Below the pieces are notes generated by a model. That model made no database searches and had not been told where the DNA came from. It saw nothing but the letters and a program-made list of their open reading frames with translations. Made by a program: the position numbers and the translations under genes. Shown one piece after another: positions 62,756 through 64,000 of a DNA stretch of 64,000 nt (the stretch's first letter is position 1; each line of letters begins with the position of its first letter). The DNA lies in contig JAZQIZ010000001.1 of NCBI GenBank assembly GCA_045541395.1, positions 21,233-85,232 on the forward strand. The letters are read 5' to 3'. Source of the stretch: Eubacteriales bacterium. GTDB taxonomy: Bacteria; Bacillota; Clostridia; Oscillospirales; UMGS1783.

Positions 62756-64000
62756 TCAATGGCGTTTAGCCGGTAACTCAAACCAAAAAACACTGCCGAC
62801 TCCCAATGCGCTGTCTACACCGTATCTTGCGTTATGTCCATCTAAAATGCTTTTTACGATAGATAACCCAAGGCCGGTACCAACCTGTGAACGTTTATGG
62901 GTTTTATCGATTTTATAGTATCTGTTCCAGATAGATGCAAGTTTATCGCCGGGAATACCTTGGCCATTATCGCTTACTTTAAATCTGCATACACCGTCTG
63001 ATTCCGTAAGGTATACTTTTATAAGCTTAATATCTCCGGTGTAATTAATTGCATTGTTGATAAGGTTATAAATCACCTGTGATAGTTTCACCTTATCGCC
63101 ATTAACAAAAATATCGGGCTGTATGTTAACTTCTATCGTAATACCTTCCTGTTCTCTAAGCTTGTTGTAACGCTCCATTATCTCATTGAGTAGAATTGAG
63201 ATATTTATATCTTCTTTTAGCAGTACCATTTCTCCCGAAGTGTATTTGGAAAGATCAAGCATGTCGTTAACAAGATCGGTAAGTCGTTTGGATTCATCAA
63301 TTATTATCTGAAGATTTTCATCATTTACTTCATCCGGCATATCCTGCATCATCTGTCCGTAGCCTGTAATAAGGGTGAGGGGAGTGCGCAGGTCATGAGA
63401 AAGATTGGCAAGAAGCTCCCTTCTGTAATCGTCAACCTTAGAAAGCTCGTTGGCTGCATAACGCAGATTTTGAGAAAGCTCATTTATCTCACGGTATCCG
63501 TCGGCAGTAAAATCCGCATCGTAATTTCCCGTAGCCAAAAGCTTTGCACTGACATTAAGCTTGGCTATAGGCTTTGAAAGCTTTTTTGAAAGCCCAAAGG
63601 CTAGTATAAGGGAAAGAAATATCAAAAGAATGGTAACAAGAACCAGAATCTCGCTGACAGTCTCAACCGTTGCGCTTACCGGTGTTATGGCTGCATTAAG
63701 CATAACTACGTAATCGTTGCCCTCATTTGAAAAGGTTTTAACGTAAACAAGGCTGTCAAACATCCCTGGGTCTGCTTTAGGTACTTCACCCTTAAAGAAA
63801 CTGTCGCTGTAATGGCTTTTAAAAGCATCAAGTGTAAAGGTGTTCAGGTATTCTCCGCCGTTATTCTTTGCGTTTTCATAAAATGTTGCTCTTTGGTCGG
63901 GTGGAATGTTATGTAGGATGCAACCCATAAGCAAGTCCTCATCGGCAACAAGCGTACCGTCTGCCTTGTAAAGCAGAATACACATTTCACCGTCCTGAGC
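62756..64000 (-). CDS. Sensor histidine kinase (N-terminus outside window)
   Basis: HAMP region, HisKA box SHDLRTPL, HATPase N/G boxes (NLINNAINYT, GTGLGLSIVK). The frame stays open upstream of the first Met to the window edge. Confidence 0.85.
   Translation of the reverse strand, partial: AQDGEMCILLYKADGTLVADEDLLMGCILHNIPPDQRATFYENAKNNGGEYLNTFTLDAFKSHYSDSFFKGEVPKADPGMFDSLVYVKTFSNEGNDYVVMLNAAITPVSATVETVSEILVLVTILLIFLSLILAFGLSKKLSKPIAKLNVSAKLLATGNYDADFTADGYREINELSQNLRYAANELSKVDDYRRELLANLSHDLRTPLTLITGYGQMMQDMPDEVNDENLQIIIDESKRLTDLVNDMLDLSKYTSGEMVLLKEDINISILLNEIMERYNKLREQEGITIEVNIQPDIFVNGDKVKLSQVIYNLINNAINYTGDIKLIKVYLTESDGVCRFKVSDNGQGIPGDKLASIWNRYYKIDKTHKRSQVGTGLGLSIVKSILDGHNARYGVDSALGVGSVFWFELPAKRH

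Overview
This 64-kb chromosomal window comes from a low-GC, endospore-forming Firmicute that looks like class Clostridia. Supporting evidence: spoIIE, abrB, an ECF sigma/anti-sigma pair, T-box and L-box leaders, CCA-encoded tRNAs, and TTGACA-17-TATAAT promoters. Most of it is core housekeeping. This includes the groEL 3' end, gdhA, murI-DUF1934-argS, dusB, recJ-relA-MBL-hemZ, a five-tRNA operon (Val-Asp-Phe-Gly-Cys), serC-serA and T-box-serS, spoIIE, infC-rpmI-rplT, citrate synthase and abrB. Interspersed accessory modules are a CsoR/P1B-ATPase pair, a four-gene sugar ABC importer, an amino-sugar operon, a split ChrA pair, two glycoside-hydrolase loci, a tandem COG0523 (CobW) GTPase operon, and a lysine-riboswitch-controlled NhaC-type transporter. 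I saw no CRISPR array, transposase, integrase or prophage genes. The observations most worth a second look are listed here. (1) A 164-bp divergent array of ATTTCAY heptamers interleaved with covarying mini-hairpins lies between the tRNA terminator and the tspO promoter. (2) A perfect 53-bp direct repeat brackets a self-contained GH31 gene cassette and duplicates the ygiQ 3' end plus promoter elements. (3) An XRE-type HTH domain is fused in frame to phosphoglucosamine mutase, with a 15-bp palindrome in its leader. (4) A canonical His-rich COG0523 GTPase is followed by a paralogue fused to a DUF1980-like CC-motif domain, then by a translationally coupled 41-codon ORF absent from the ORF track. 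(5) A Cu-type CsoR and operator control a Zn/Cd-type ATPase that carries a 39-bp in-frame His/Cys repeat. All family calls rest on motif recognition by eye. No database search was run.
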